A stretch of 64,000 bases of DNA, from the sequence record MW822007.1, one strand, 5' to 3'. The DNA comes from Escherichia phage BF15. The number at the start of each line of letters is the position of its first letter. Positions within the stretch are counted from its first letter, which is position 1. The notes under the pieces were generated by a model. The model saw nothing but the letters and a program-made list of their open reading frames with translations. It was not told where the DNA came from and did no database searches. Below, piece after piece: positions 39,906 to 48,913 of this stretch. A program made the position numbers and the translations under genes.

Positions 39906-40006
39906 AAGTAAATGGTGTTAAGTATAAATGCATGAAAGATGCTTCTAAAGCTACTGGATTATCAATGTACAAACTAAGAATACTTAGAAAAACAGTTAAT
40001 TTATAA
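39809..40006 (+). CDS. HNH homing endonuclease, C-terminal DNA-binding part (frame B, -1 relative to frame A)
   Basis: Frame B is open from about 39776 and encodes a second NUMOD-like repeat SGKNNGMYGRKHSAKS plus a C-terminal helix-rich tail; continuous with frame A if one A is added to the A5 run at 39797..39801. Confidence 0.55.
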   Translation: MYGRKHSAKSIQKIKDNMPDNSGANNPAAKPIEVNGVKYKCMKDASKATGLSMYKLRILRKTVNL

Positions 40007-40031
40007 GGGCTTCGGCCCTTTGGAGAAAAAG

Positions 40032-40262
40032 ATGTTACTAGAATTTAAACAATTTCTTTATGAAGCTTCTATTGATGAATTTATGGGTAAAATTGCATCA
40101 TGCCAAACATTAGAAGGTCTAGAAGAACTTGAAGCTTATTATAAGAAAAGAGTTAAAGAAACTGAATTAAAAGATACTGATGACATCTCTGTGAGAGATG
40201 CTTTGGCAGGAAAAAGAGCTGAATTAGAAGATTCAGACGATGAAGTAGAAGAAAGCTTTTAA
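40032..40262 (+). CDS. uvsW.1: UvsW.1 protein
   Basis: ATG at 40032 gives 76 aa MLLEFKQFLYEA...; acidic C-terminus; size and position as T4 UvsW.1. Confidence 0.75.
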   Translation: MLLEFKQFLYEASIDEFMGKIASCQTLEGLEELEAYYKKRVKETELKDTDDISVRDALAGKRAELEDSDDEVEESF

Positions 40263-40317
40263 ATTAAAAAAGGCCCAACCAAAAAGGAAGGGCCAAAACT
40301 ATAGACTAAAGGTCACA

Positions 40318-40485
40318 CTATAGCAAAAGTTGTGTTTCATTTAATTGTTCTTCCGAACTTTCTGAAACTGGTAGTTCTTTAATGTAATTATAACAAGGCC
40401 CAGGATGTACAGGACCTTTGTCTGTTTCAACAACCAATGCAGAATCGATTGGAGTTTTACAGACAACACAAATCTTATCTGACAT
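40318..40485 (-). CDS. hypothetical Cys-containing small protein (uvsY.-2 position)
   Basis: 55 aa ORF translated by hand (MSDKICVVCKTPIDSALVVETDKGPVHPGPCYNY...), below the ORF track length cutoff; downstream of uvsY, same strand. Confidence 0.5.
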   Translation of the reverse strand: MSDKICVVCKTPIDSALVVETDKGPVHPGPCYNYIKELPVSESSEEQLNETQLLL

Positions 40486-40513
40486 GATTGTCTCCTCTAA
40501 ATTATATATCTAT

Positions 40514-40738
40514 TTATATAACTCTCATATGCATATCAATGCCCATATCTTTGGAATAAAAATATTCATCAAGATATCCGGCAAATTTTCCTTTAATATA
40601 AAGTACATCTTCACCGCATGGGTGGTCAGCCAGGATACGAATATCCTGACGCTTGAGATTATACTTTTTCATTAAGAATTGAATTTCCGTTTCGAATTCT
40701 TCTTCATAATTAAAAGCATCATCAATGCTATATTTCAT
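40514..40738 (-). CDS. hypothetical protein (uvsY.-1 position)
   Basis: 74 aa ORF immediately downstream of uvsY, stop/start overlap. Confidence 0.6.
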   Translation of the reverse strand: MKYSIDDAFNYEEEFETEIQFLMKKYNLKRQDIRILADHPCGEDVLYIKGKFAGYLDEYFYSKDMGIDMHMRVI

Positions 40739-41151
40739 TATTTTCCAGCCTCAAATGCTCGCATGTCTTGAATATGCTTAATAGCAAATCCACGTGATTT
40801 AATAGCATCAAGAGCTCCGCTACAGAAATCTAATAAAATTCCCCAATATTGTAATGAAGTATCAACTTTTAAAACATCCTTATCAGCTGATAGAACTGTC
40901 TTCATTTCTGATTTCTCGTAACGATCCATACTAAATTCATCACCATCTCCTCGTCCCGAGTAGTAGTCTAATTTAGCTTTAAGAGCAACTTTTTTCTGTG
41001 CATCAATTCTAAGCATTTCCTTTTTAATACTTGAATGCTTATTAAGCCATTTACTATATAACATCACATTATTAGCTGCTTCATACTGTAATTTAGTCGA
41101 ATCTATAAACACATCTTTCTTCAATTCTTCTTGAAGATCTTCTAATTTCAT
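40738..41151 (-). CDS. uvsY: UvsY recombination mediator protein
   Basis: 137 aa, same length and position as T4 UvsY; MotA-box middle promoter upstream. Confidence 0.9.
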   Translation of the reverse strand: MKLEDLQEELKKDVFIDSTKLQYEAANNVMLYSKWLNKHSSIKKEMLRIDAQKKVALKAKLDYYSGRGDGDEFSMDRYEKSEMKTVLSADKDVLKVDTSLQYWGILLDFCSGALDAIKSRGFAIKHIQDMRAFEAGK

Positions 41152-41192
41152 ATTGTTCTCTATTCAATTGTTATTGGATTGGACTTAGATTC

Positions 41193-41218
41193 ATTATACC
41201 ACGTTTATACGTGAAGCA
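41193..41218 (-). promoter_or_regulatory. MotA-dependent middle promoter for uvsY
   Basis: Minus strand reads aaTGCTTCA (MotA box) + 13 nt + TATAAT, about 40 nt upstream of uvsY ATG. Confidence 0.7.
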
Positions 41219-41617
41219 TTATACTCTGTTACTAGAAGCCAGTTGCAGTTTTATCTGCTCAATATCATCAGGGTTATCGATGACCGAAAAGCGTATTTCT
41301 ACTATCAGAGTATAATCATCATAAACTGGTATTACATTAACTGCTAATTTATCAATACGCGGCTCGTAGTTTCTTACTGCGCTTTCAATGTTACGCTCAA
41401 CCGTATCAGCAGTAAGAGGAGTCATATTCTCAAAAAGTTGATCAGATAAATCGCAACCAAATTCTGGGTCAAACGGTCTCGACCCTTTTCTGGTTGTAAT
41501 AATTCCCAAAAGGCTATTTTTAATTGACCTTAATCCAAGAGATCTAGAAACATCTTTGTCCCAATCCATTTTCATTTCTGGGTCAATGTCAGAATAAAGC
41601 TTATTAATATTTGCCAT
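41219..41617 (-). CDS. 25: gp25 baseplate wedge protein
   Basis: 132 aa, length and synteny as T4 gp25. Confidence 0.9.
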   Translation of the reverse strand: MANINKLYSDIDPEMKMDWDKDVSRSLGLRSIKNSLLGIITTRKGSRPFDPEFGCDLSDQLFENMTPLTADTVERNIESAVRNYEPRIDKLAVNVIPVYDDYTLIVEIRFSVIDNPDDIEQIKLQLASSNRV

Positions 41618-42243
41618 TACAATAGCTCAAAGAATTCTTTGAGTCCTCTTATTACATGAGCGTGAGTTTTTCCACACTCTGGACACTTAATTGGAACAGC
41701 CAAATAAACAGTAGGCTTTAAAAGCATATCTTTTATAGCTACAATATCTGACTCTGTGATGATAGAATATAAATCTTCCAGTTCCTTTTCATTTAAGTCT
41801 TCAACTGGAATGCTTTCCCCGTTAGCATGAATCGTTTCTATGCATGATACTATCATGTGGGCTATATTTTTATCATCAAAAATTTTAGGGTAATGGAACT
41901 TAATTTTAATGTCACCCAGTGTATACCAGAGGTCTTCTGGTGCATCTATTTGTGTATGTAATAGATTTATATGGGTTGGTATTTCAGTTCCACAGGTGCA
42001 CTTCCAGGAGTTTTCATGATTAACTTCTCCAAGAGAATGCGCCCATAAATGAATCAACAATAGTTCTGATTCTTGGCGGTTTAAATCTTTTGCATTTGTA
42101 CAGTCTTTAATTAGCTTTTTAACAATTTCTTCGACTGAACCGTTCTTTTTAGCAGTAATAAGTTCTAGATATTCTTTAAGAGTAAATGCGCGACAGTTGA
42201 TTATTTTAGAACCAACTCTCACGTCAAATTTGTATTCATACAT
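41617..42243 (-). CDS. 26: gp26 baseplate hub protein
   Basis: 208 aa, length and synteny as T4 gp26; Cys-rich (CxxC) motifs. Confidence 0.85.
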   Translation of the reverse strand: MYEYKFDVRVGSKIINCRAFTLKEYLELITAKKNGSVEEIVKKLIKDCTNAKDLNRQESELLLIHLWAHSLGEVNHENSWKCTCGTEIPTHINLLHTQIDAPEDLWYTLGDIKIKFHYPKIFDDKNIAHMIVSCIETIHANGESIPVEDLNEKELEDLYSIITESDIVAIKDMLLKPTVYLAVPIKCPECGKTHAHVIRGLKEFFELL

Positions 42244-42264
42244 ATTTAGCTCCTTTATTTATCA

Positions 42265-42272
42265 TATTTATA
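42265..42272 (-). promoter_or_regulatory. late promoter for gene 26 (minus strand)
   Basis: Plus strand TATTTATA, 21 nt upstream of gene 26 ATG (42243). Confidence 0.65.
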
Positions 42273-42276
42273 AATA
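42269..42276 (+). promoter_or_regulatory. late promoter for gene 51
   Basis: Exact TATAAATA 17 nt upstream of ATG 42294; overlaps the divergent minus-strand motif. Confidence 0.65.
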
Positions 42277-42293
42277 GAATAAAAGGAGCATCT

Positions 42294-43043
42294 ATGGCAA
42301 ACATTATTCGTTGTAAATTACCAGATGGTGTTCATCGTTTTAAACCATTTACGGTAGAAGATTATCGAGATTTTTTGTTAGTTCGAAACGATATAGAACA
42401 TCGGTCACCACAAGAACAAAAAGAAATAATTGCTGATTTAATTGCCGATTATTTTGGAGACTATCCGAAGACTTGGCAACCATTTATATTTTTGCAGGTA
42501 TTTGTAGGGTCAATAGGTAAAACTAAAGTACCAGTCACATTTGTATGTCCAAAATGTAAAAAAGAAAAGACAGTTCCATTTGAAATATATCAAAAAGAAC
42601 TAAAGGAACCTGTTTTTGATGTAGCTAATGTTAAAATTAAATTAAAGTTTCCTTCTGAGTTTTATGAAAATAAAGCAAAGATGATTACTGAAAATATTCA
42701 TTCTGTTCAAGTAGATGAAACATGGTATGATTGGAAGGAAATTAGTGAATCAAGTCAAATAGAACTTGTTGATGCCATCGAGATAGAAACATTAGAAAAA
42801 ATTCTCGATGCATTGAATCCTATTAATTTAACGCTACATATGTCCTGCTGTGATAAGTATGTAAAAAAATACACTGATATAGTAGATGTGTTTAAGCTAT
42901 TAGTTAACCCAGATGAGATATTTACTTTTTATCAAATTAATCACACACTCGTAAAAAGTAATTATAGCTTAAATTCAATAATGAAAATGATTCCTGCCGA
43001 GCGCGGATTCGTATTAAAACTGATTGAGAAGGATAAACAATAA
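42294..43043 (+). CDS. 51: gp51 baseplate hub assembly catalyst
   Basis: 249 aa, length and synteny as T4 gp51; divergent from gene 26 with late promoter. Confidence 0.85.
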   Translation: MANIIRCKLPDGVHRFKPFTVEDYRDFLLVRNDIEHRSPQEQKEIIADLIADYFGDYPKTWQPFIFLQVFVGSIGKTKVPVTFVCPKCKKEKTVPFEIYQKELKEPVFDVANVKIKLKFPSEFYENKAKMITENIHSVQVDETWYDWKEISESSQIELVDAIEIETLEKILDALNPINLTLHMSCCDKYVKKYTDIVDVFKLLVNPDEIFTFYQINHTLVKSNYSLNSIMKMIPAERGFVLKLIEKDKQ

Positions 43044-44218
43044 TGAGTATGTTGCAACGCCCAGGATATCCAAATCTCAGCGTTAAATTATTTGATAGCT
43101 ACGACGCTTGGAGTAATAATAGATTTGTTGAATTAGCTGCTACTATTACCACATTAACTATGCGGGATTCTCTTTATGGCCGAAATGAAGGAATGCTGCA
43201 GTTTTATGATTCTAAAAACATCCATACAAAAATGGATGGAAATGAAATAATTCAGATTTCTGTAGCTAATGCAAACGATATTAATAATGTTAAAACAAGA
43301 ATTTATGGATGTAAGCATTTTTCTGTGTCAGTAGATTCAAAGGGTGATAACATCATTGCTATTGAATTGGGAACTATTCATTCTATAGAAAATCTTAAAT
43401 TTGGCAGACCGTTTTTCCCTGATGCAGGTGAATCTATAAAGGAAATGCTTGGCGTCATTTATCAAGACCGCACATTATTAACTCCAGCAATAAATGCTAT
43501 AAATGCTTATGTTCCTGATATTCCGTGGACTAGTACATTTGAAAACTATTTGTCATATGTCAGAGAAGTTGCTCTAGCTGTAGGAAGTGACAAATTTGTA
43601 TTTGTATGGCAAGACATCATGGGAGTTAACATGATGGACTATGATATGATGATAAATCAAGAACCGTATCCAATGATTGTCGGTGAGCCATCTTTAATAG
43701 GTCAATTCATCCAAGAATTAAAATATCCATTGGCATATGATTTCGTTTGGTTGACTAAATCGAATCCTCACAAACGTGACCCAATGAAAAACGCTACTAT
43801 CTATGCTCATTCATTTTTAGATTCTTCATTGCCAATGATTACTACAGGAAAGGGCGAAAACTCTATTGTAGTGTCAAGGTCAGGTGCTTATTCTGAAATG
43901 ACTTATAGGAATGGATATGAAGAAGCTATTCGTCTTCAAACTATGGCGCAATACGATGGCTATGCTAAATGTTCTACTGTCGGTAATTTTAACTTGACAC
44001 CTGGCGTTAAAATTATTTTTAATGATAGTAAAAACCAATTTAAAACAGAATTTTACGTTGATGAAGTCATCCATGAATTATCCAATAATAATTCAGTAAC
44101 TCATCTATATATGTTCACTAATGCAACGAAACTGGAAACAATAGACCCAGTTAAGGTTAAAAATGAATTTAAATCTGATACTACCACTGAAGAAAGTAGT
44201 TCTTCCAATAAGCAATAA
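43043..44218 (+). CDS. 27: gp27 baseplate hub protein
   Basis: 391 aa, length and synteny as T4 gp27. Confidence 0.9.
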   Translation: MSMLQRPGYPNLSVKLFDSYDAWSNNRFVELAATITTLTMRDSLYGRNEGMLQFYDSKNIHTKMDGNEIIQISVANANDINNVKTRIYGCKHFSVSVDSKGDNIIAIELGTIHSIENLKFGRPFFPDAGESIKEMLGVIYQDRTLLTPAINAINAYVPDIPWTSTFENYLSYVREVALAVGSDKFVFVWQDIMGVNMMDYDMMINQEPYPMIVGEPSLIGQFIQELKYPLAYDFVWLTKSNPHKRDPMKNATIYAHSFLDSSLPMITTGKGENSIVVSRSGAYSEMTYRNGYEEAIRLQTMAQYDGYAKCSTVGNFNLTPGVKIIFNDSKNQFKTEFYVDEVIHELSNNNSVTHLYMFTNATKLETIDPVKVKNEFKSDTTTEESSSSNKQ

Positions 44219-44696
44219 AGAAGTTTCTATTCCTAAAATGGGTCTTAAACATTATAACATTTTAAAAGATGTTAAAGGTCCTGATGAAAATTTAAAACTT
44301 CTTATTGATTCTATTTGTCCGAATTTATCACCGGCAGAAGTTGATTTCGTTTCTATTCATTTATTGGAATTTAATGGAAAGATTAAATCTCGTAAAGAAA
44401 TAGATGGTTATACTTATGACATTAATGATGTTTATGTATGCCAAAGATTGGAATTTCAATACCAAGGAAATACATTTTATTTTAGACCGCCTGGAAAATT
44501 TGAACAATTTTTAACTGTGAGCGATATGTTATCCAAATGCTTGCTTAAGGTCAATGATGAAGTTAAAGAAATTAATTTTCTTGAGATGCCAGCATTCGTT
44601 TTAAAATGGGCAAATGATATTTTTACAACTTTAGCAATTCCTGGCCCTAATGGTCCAATAACCGGAATTGGCAATATTATTGGATTATTTGAATGA
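44163..44696 (+). CDS. 28: gp28 baseplate hub distal subunit
   Basis: 177 aa, length and synteny as T4 gp28; overlaps 3' end of gene 27 in another frame. Confidence 0.85.
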   Translation: MNLNLILPLKKVVLPISNKEVSIPKMGLKHYNILKDVKGPDENLKLLIDSICPNLSPAEVDFVSIHLLEFNGKIKSRKEIDGYTYDINDVYVCQRLEFQYQGNTFYFRPPGKFEQFLTVSDMLSKCLLKVNDEVKEINFLEMPAFVLKWANDIFTTLAIPGPNGPITGIGNIIGLFE

Positions 44697-46465
44697 AAAA
44701 GCCACAAGAAATGCAAACGATGCGTAGAAAAGTTATTTCAGATAATAAACCAACACAGGAAGCGGCTAAATCCGCTTCCAACACTTTATCTGGACTTAAT
44801 GATATATCTACGAAATTGGATGATGCTCAAGCTGCTTCTGAATTAATTGCTCAAACTGTCGAAGAAAAATCGAATGAAATAGTTGGAGCAATTGATAATG
44901 TAGAAAGCGCAGTGAGTGATACTACTGCTGGTTCTGAGTTAATTGCTGAAACTGTCGAAATTGGCAACAATATTAATAAAGAAATCGGTGAATCACTCGG
45001 GAGCAAATTAGATAAATTAACAAGTTTATTAGAGCAAAAAATTCAGACAGCTGGAATTCAACAAACAGGAACCAGTTTAGCCACTGTTGAAAGCGCTATT
45101 CCTGTTAAAGTTGTTGAGGATGATACAGCTGAATCTGTGGGTCCTTTATTACCGGCTCCTGAAGCAGTTAATAATGATCCTGATGCTGATTTTTTCCCTA
45201 CCCCTCAGCCAGTTGAACCTAAACAAGAATCGCCAGAAGAAAAACAGAAAAAAGACGCATTTAACTTAAAATTATCTCAAGCTTTAGATAAATTAACAAA
45301 GACTGTTGATTTTGGATTTAAGAAATCCATTTCAATTACTGATAAAATATCAAGCATGTTATTTAAGTACACCGTCAGTGCTGCTATTGAAGCTGCTAAA
45401 ATGACTGCAATGATATTGGCTGTTGTTGTTGGAATAGACCTGTTGATGGTTCATTTTAAATATTGGTCAGATAAATTTTCACAGGCTTGGGATTTGTTTA
45501 GTACAGACTTTACTAAATTCTCTAGCGAAACCGGAACATGGGGTCCTTTATTACAGAGCATCTTTGGTTCTATCGATGAAATTAAAAAATTCTGGGAAGC
45601 GGGAGATTGGGGTGGTTTGACGGTAGCTATTGTAGAAGGGCTTGGAAAGGTTCTTTATAATTTAGGTGAACTTATTCAGCTTGGAATGGCTAAATTATCT
45701 GCGGCAATTCTTCGAGTTATTCCTGGTATGAAGGATACCGCTGATGATGTAGAAGGAAGAGCACTAGAAAATTTCCAAAATACTACAAATGCTTCTCTTA
45801 GCAAAGAAGACCAAGAAAAAGTTGCAAATTATCAATATAAAAGAATGAATGGAGAACTTGGTCCGATAGCAAAAGGACTAGACAAAATTGCGAACTGGAA
45901 AACTCGCGCATCTAACTGGATTCGTGGTGTTGATAATAAAGAAGCACTAACGACTGATGAAGAGAGAGAAGAGGAAGAAGAAAAATTAAAGCAACTTTCT
46001 CCGGAGGAAGCTAAAATTGCTTTAATGAAAGCTAATGAAGCTCGTGCTGCTATGAATCGTTTTGATGAATACGCTAATTCGGCTGATATGAGTAAAGATT
46101 CAACAGTTAAATCAGTTGAAGCTGCCTATGAAGACCTTAAAAAACGGATGGATGACCCGGATTTAAATAATTCACCGGCAGTTAAAAAAGAACTTGCTGC
46201 TAGATTTTCTAAAATTGATGCTACTTATCAAGAACTAAAGAAAAATCAACCTAATGCCAAACCTGAAACTTCTGCTAAATCGCCAGAAGCAAAACAAGTC
46301 CAGGTAATAGAAAAGAACAAAGCACAGCAAGCTCCTGTTCAACAAGCATCTCCTTCGATCAATAATACTAATAATGTTATTAAGAAAAATACTGTCGTTC
46401 ATAATATGACACCTGTTACGAGTACAACTGCTCCCGGTGTATTTGACGCGACTGGAGTTAATTAA
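44693..46465 (+). CDS. 29: gp29 baseplate hub / tail length tape measure
   Basis: 590 aa, length and synteny as T4 gp29; helical with hydrophobic central segment. Confidence 0.9.
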   Translation: MKKPQEMQTMRRKVISDNKPTQEAAKSASNTLSGLNDISTKLDDAQAASELIAQTVEEKSNEIVGAIDNVESAVSDTTAGSELIAETVEIGNNINKEIGESLGSKLDKLTSLLEQKIQTAGIQQTGTSLATVESAIPVKVVEDDTAESVGPLLPAPEAVNNDPDADFFPTPQPVEPKQESPEEKQKKDAFNLKLSQALDKLTKTVDFGFKKSISITDKISSMLFKYTVSAAIEAAKMTAMILAVVVGIDLLMVHFKYWSDKFSQAWDLFSTDFTKFSSETGTWGPLLQSIFGSIDEIKKFWEAGDWGGLTVAIVEGLGKVLYNLGELIQLGMAKLSAAILRVIPGMKDTADDVEGRALENFQNTTNASLSKEDQEKVANYQYKRMNGELGPIAKGLDKIANWKTRASNWIRGVDNKEALTTDEEREEEEEKLKQLSPEEAKIALMKANEARAAMNRFDEYANSADMSKDSTVKSVEAAYEDLKKRMDDPDLNNSPAVKKELAARFSKIDATYQELKKNQPNAKPETSAKSPEAKQVQVIEKNKAQQAPVQQASPSINNTNNVIKKNTVVHNMTPVTSTTAPGVFDATGVN

Positions 46466-46473
46466 GGAATAAT

Positions 46474-47568
46474 ATGGCAATTGTTAAAGAAATAACTGCT
46501 GATTTAATTAAAAAGTCCGGTGAGAAAATTTCAGCCGGACAGAGTACTAAATCAGAAGTAGGAACTAAAACATACACTGCCCAGTTTCCAACTGGGCGTG
46601 CTAGTGGTAATGACACTACAGGGGACTTCCAGGTAACAGATCTATATAAGAATGGATTATTATTTACTGCATACAATATGTCATCTAGGGATTCTGGAAG
46701 TCTTAGATCGATGAGATCTAACTACTCTTCTTCATCTTCGAGTATTTTACGTACAGCCAGAAACACTATCAGTAATACAGTATCAAAACTGTCAAATGGA
46801 TTAATATCAGATAATAATTCAGGAACAATAAGTAAAGCTCCTGTGGCAAACATTCTTTTACCGAGATCTAAATCTGACGTTGATACATCATCACATAGAT
46901 TTAATGATGTTCAAGAAAGTCTTATCAGTAGAGGCGGAGGAACTGCTACTGGTGTGCTAAGTAATATTGCTTCAACTGCAGTATTTGGAGCACTGGAAAG
47001 TATAACACAAGGTATAATGGCTGATAATAATGAACAGATTTATACGACAGCCAGAAGTATGTATGGTGGTGCTGAGAATAGAACTAAAGTGTTTACATGG
47101 GATTTGACTCCACGTTCCACAGAAGATTTAATGGCTATTATTAATATCTATCAATATTTTAACTATTTTTCTTATGGTGAAACGGGCAAATCTCAATATG
47201 CTGCTGAAATAAAGGGGTATTTAGATGATTGGTATCGTTCTACGTTAATTGAACCTTTATCTCCGGAAGACGCAGCTAAAAATAAAACACTGTTTGAGAA
47301 AATGACATCGAGTTTAACTAACGTCCTAGTAGTTTCAAACCCGACAATTTGGATGGTGAAAAACTTTGGTGCAACATCTAAGTTTGATGGAAAAACGGAA
47401 ATATTTGGCCCATGCCAAATACAAAGCATCAGATTTGATAAAACGCCTAATGGTAACTTTAACGGATTAGCTATTGCTCCAAACCTCCCTAGTACATTTA
47501 CTCTTGAGATTACTATGAGAGAAATTATCACGTTAAACCGTGCTTCTTTATATGCGGGGACTTTTTAA
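46474..47568 (+). CDS. 48: gp48 baseplate / tail tube initiator
   Basis: 364 aa, length and synteny as T4 gp48. Confidence 0.9.
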   Translation: MAIVKEITADLIKKSGEKISAGQSTKSEVGTKTYTAQFPTGRASGNDTTGDFQVTDLYKNGLLFTAYNMSSRDSGSLRSMRSNYSSSSSSILRTARNTISNTVSKLSNGLISDNNSGTISKAPVANILLPRSKSDVDTSSHRFNDVQESLISRGGGTATGVLSNIASTAVFGALESITQGIMADNNEQIYTTARSMYGGAENRTKVFTWDLTPRSTEDLMAIINIYQYFNYFSYGETGKSQYAAEIKGYLDDWYRSTLIEPLSPEDAAKNKTLFEKMTSSLTNVLVVSNPTIWMVKNFGATSKFDGKTEIFGPCQIQSIRFDKTPNGNFNGLAIAPNLPSTFTLEITMREIITLNRASLYAGTF

Positions 47569-48533
47569 TGTATTCTTTAGAGGAATTTAATAATCAAGCA
47601 ATAAACGCAGATTTCCAACGTAATAATATGTTTAGCTGTGTTTTTGCGACAACTCCATCAACTAAAAGCTCTTCGTTGATAAGTTCAATTAGCAACTTTT
47701 CTTATAATAACTTGGGTCTAAATTCAGATTGGTTAGGATTGACTCAAGGCGATATTAATCAGGGAATTACCACGCTAATTACAGCTGGCACACAAAAACT
47801 GATAAGAAAATCAGGAGTTAGTAAATATCTTATTGGTGCCATGAGTCAACGTACAGTTCAAAGTTTATTAGGCTCATTTACAGTTGGTACATATTTAATT
47901 GACTTCTTTAATATGGCATATAACTCATCTGGATTGATGATATATTCTGTAAAAATGCCAGAGAATAGATTATCCTATGAAACTGACTGGAACTATAATT
48001 CTCCTAATATTCGTATAACCGGGAGAGAATTAGACCCTTTGGTTATTTCATTTAGAATGGATTCAGAGTCGTGTAATTATCGTGCAATGCAAGACTGGGT
48101 TAACGCTGTTCAAGACCCAGTAACTGGATTACGCGCTTTGCCACAAGATGTCGAGGCAGACATTCAGGTTAATCTTCATGCTCGTAATGGATTACCTCAT
48201 ACTGCTGTGATGTTCACCGGATGCATTCCAGTGTCAGTGAGCGCTCCTGAGTTATCATATGATGGAGATAACCAAATAACTACATTTGATGTTACTTTTG
48301 CGTATAGAGTCATGCAGGCTGGAGCAGTTGATAGACAAGCTGCGCTTGAATGGCTTGAATCCGCTGCTATAAACGGTATTCAAAGCGTTCTCGGAAATAG
48401 CGGAGGCGTTACTGGACTATCTAATTCGCTTTCACGACTTAGTAGATTAGGAGGAACTGCTGGAAGCATTTCAAACATTAATACTATGACGGGAATTGTC
48501 AACTCGCAAAGTAAAATATTAGGAGCAATATAA
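47568..48533 (+). CDS. 54: gp54 baseplate / tail tube initiator
   Basis: 321 aa; synteny; followed by strong hairpin terminator. Confidence 0.9.
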   Translation: MYSLEEFNNQAINADFQRNNMFSCVFATTPSTKSSSLISSISNFSYNNLGLNSDWLGLTQGDINQGITTLITAGTQKLIRKSGVSKYLIGAMSQRTVQSLLGSFTVGTYLIDFFNMAYNSSGLMIYSVKMPENRLSYETDWNYNSPNIRITGRELDPLVISFRMDSESCNYRAMQDWVNAVQDPVTGLRALPQDVEADIQVNLHARNGLPHTAVMFTGCIPVSVSAPELSYDGDNQITTFDVTFAYRVMQAGAVDRQAALEWLESAAINGIQSVLGNSGGVTGLSNSLSRLSRLGGTAGSISNINTMTGIVNSQSKILGAI

Positions 48534-48537
48534 CAAT

Positions 48538-48568
48538 GGGGACCGAAAGGTCCCCATATTTTTATTTA
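48538..48568 (+). terminator. terminator after gene 54 (also at 3' end of convergent 96-aa ORF)
   Basis: GGGGACC-GAAA-GGTCCCC hairpin followed by ATATTTTTATTT. Confidence 0.8.
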
Positions 48569-48852
48569 CGGAATGAAATAAAAGCAGCAACTGAAGCAAC
48601 TAAACTGTCTTCAATATAAACTTCAATTTTTACCGGAGCTTCTGACTCAAATTTACCTGTTACTACACCTTGGAAAATGCTTTCAGTCTGTTCTGGCTTT
48701 GAAAAATTTTCAGAAGGAAAAATTCCGAACTTTTTATCTGTTCCAAAAATTTTGATAAATTCATCATAAACTGCTTCATTAAAAGCGTTATCAGCAGGAA
48801 TAACGCCTTCAACTACAAGTTCTTGACCTAAAAAGCGCAAAGAAGATTTCAT
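48562..48852 (-). CDS. hypothetical protein (alt-downstream small ORF)
   Basis: 96 aa ORF with ATG start; own early-type promoter GTTTAC-N18-TATAGT upstream; 3' end inside convergent terminator. Confidence 0.6.
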   Translation of the reverse strand: MKSSLRFLGQELVVEGVIPADNAFNEAVYDEFIKIFGTDKKFGIFPSENFSKPEQTESIFQGVVTGKFESEAPVKIEVYIEDSLVASVAAFISFRK

Positions 48853-48883
48853 TTTGTGTTCCTCATGTTATGTCAGTAAGTCT

Positions 48884-48913
48884 ACTATAACACAACACGA
48901 GGGACTTGTAAAC
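48884..48913 (-). promoter_or_regulatory. T4 early-type promoter (GTTTAC-N18-TATAGT) for 96-aa ORF
   Basis: Minus strand GTTTAC (48908..48913), 18-nt spacer, TATAGT (48884..48889). Confidence 0.5.

Larger units (their letters stand above)
39318..40006 (+). mobile_element. free-standing HNH homing endonuclease gene inserted between uvsW and uvsW.1
   Basis: About 700 bp occupying the uvsW/uvsW.1 junction, which I recall as directly adjacent in T4; encodes an HNH nuclease split across two frames. Confidence 0.6.

Noticed and set aside
40008-40024. GGGC-TTCG-GCCC hairpin after the HNH gene as a terminator
   Set aside because: Short stem, only TTT follows, and it overlaps the uvsW.1 ribosome-binding region; may be structural but not called
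40264-40300. GGCCC...GGGCC inverted repeat as a terminator between uvsW.1 and the convergent uvsY.-2 position ORF
   Set aside because: Stem is only 5 bp with a 13-nt loop and no adjacent T-run; too weak to call
40418-40675. 85-aa plus-strand ORF
   Set aside because: Lies antisense to the uvsY.-1 and uvsY.-2 position ORFs, starts within a convergent region, and has a low-complexity Ile/Phe-rich translation
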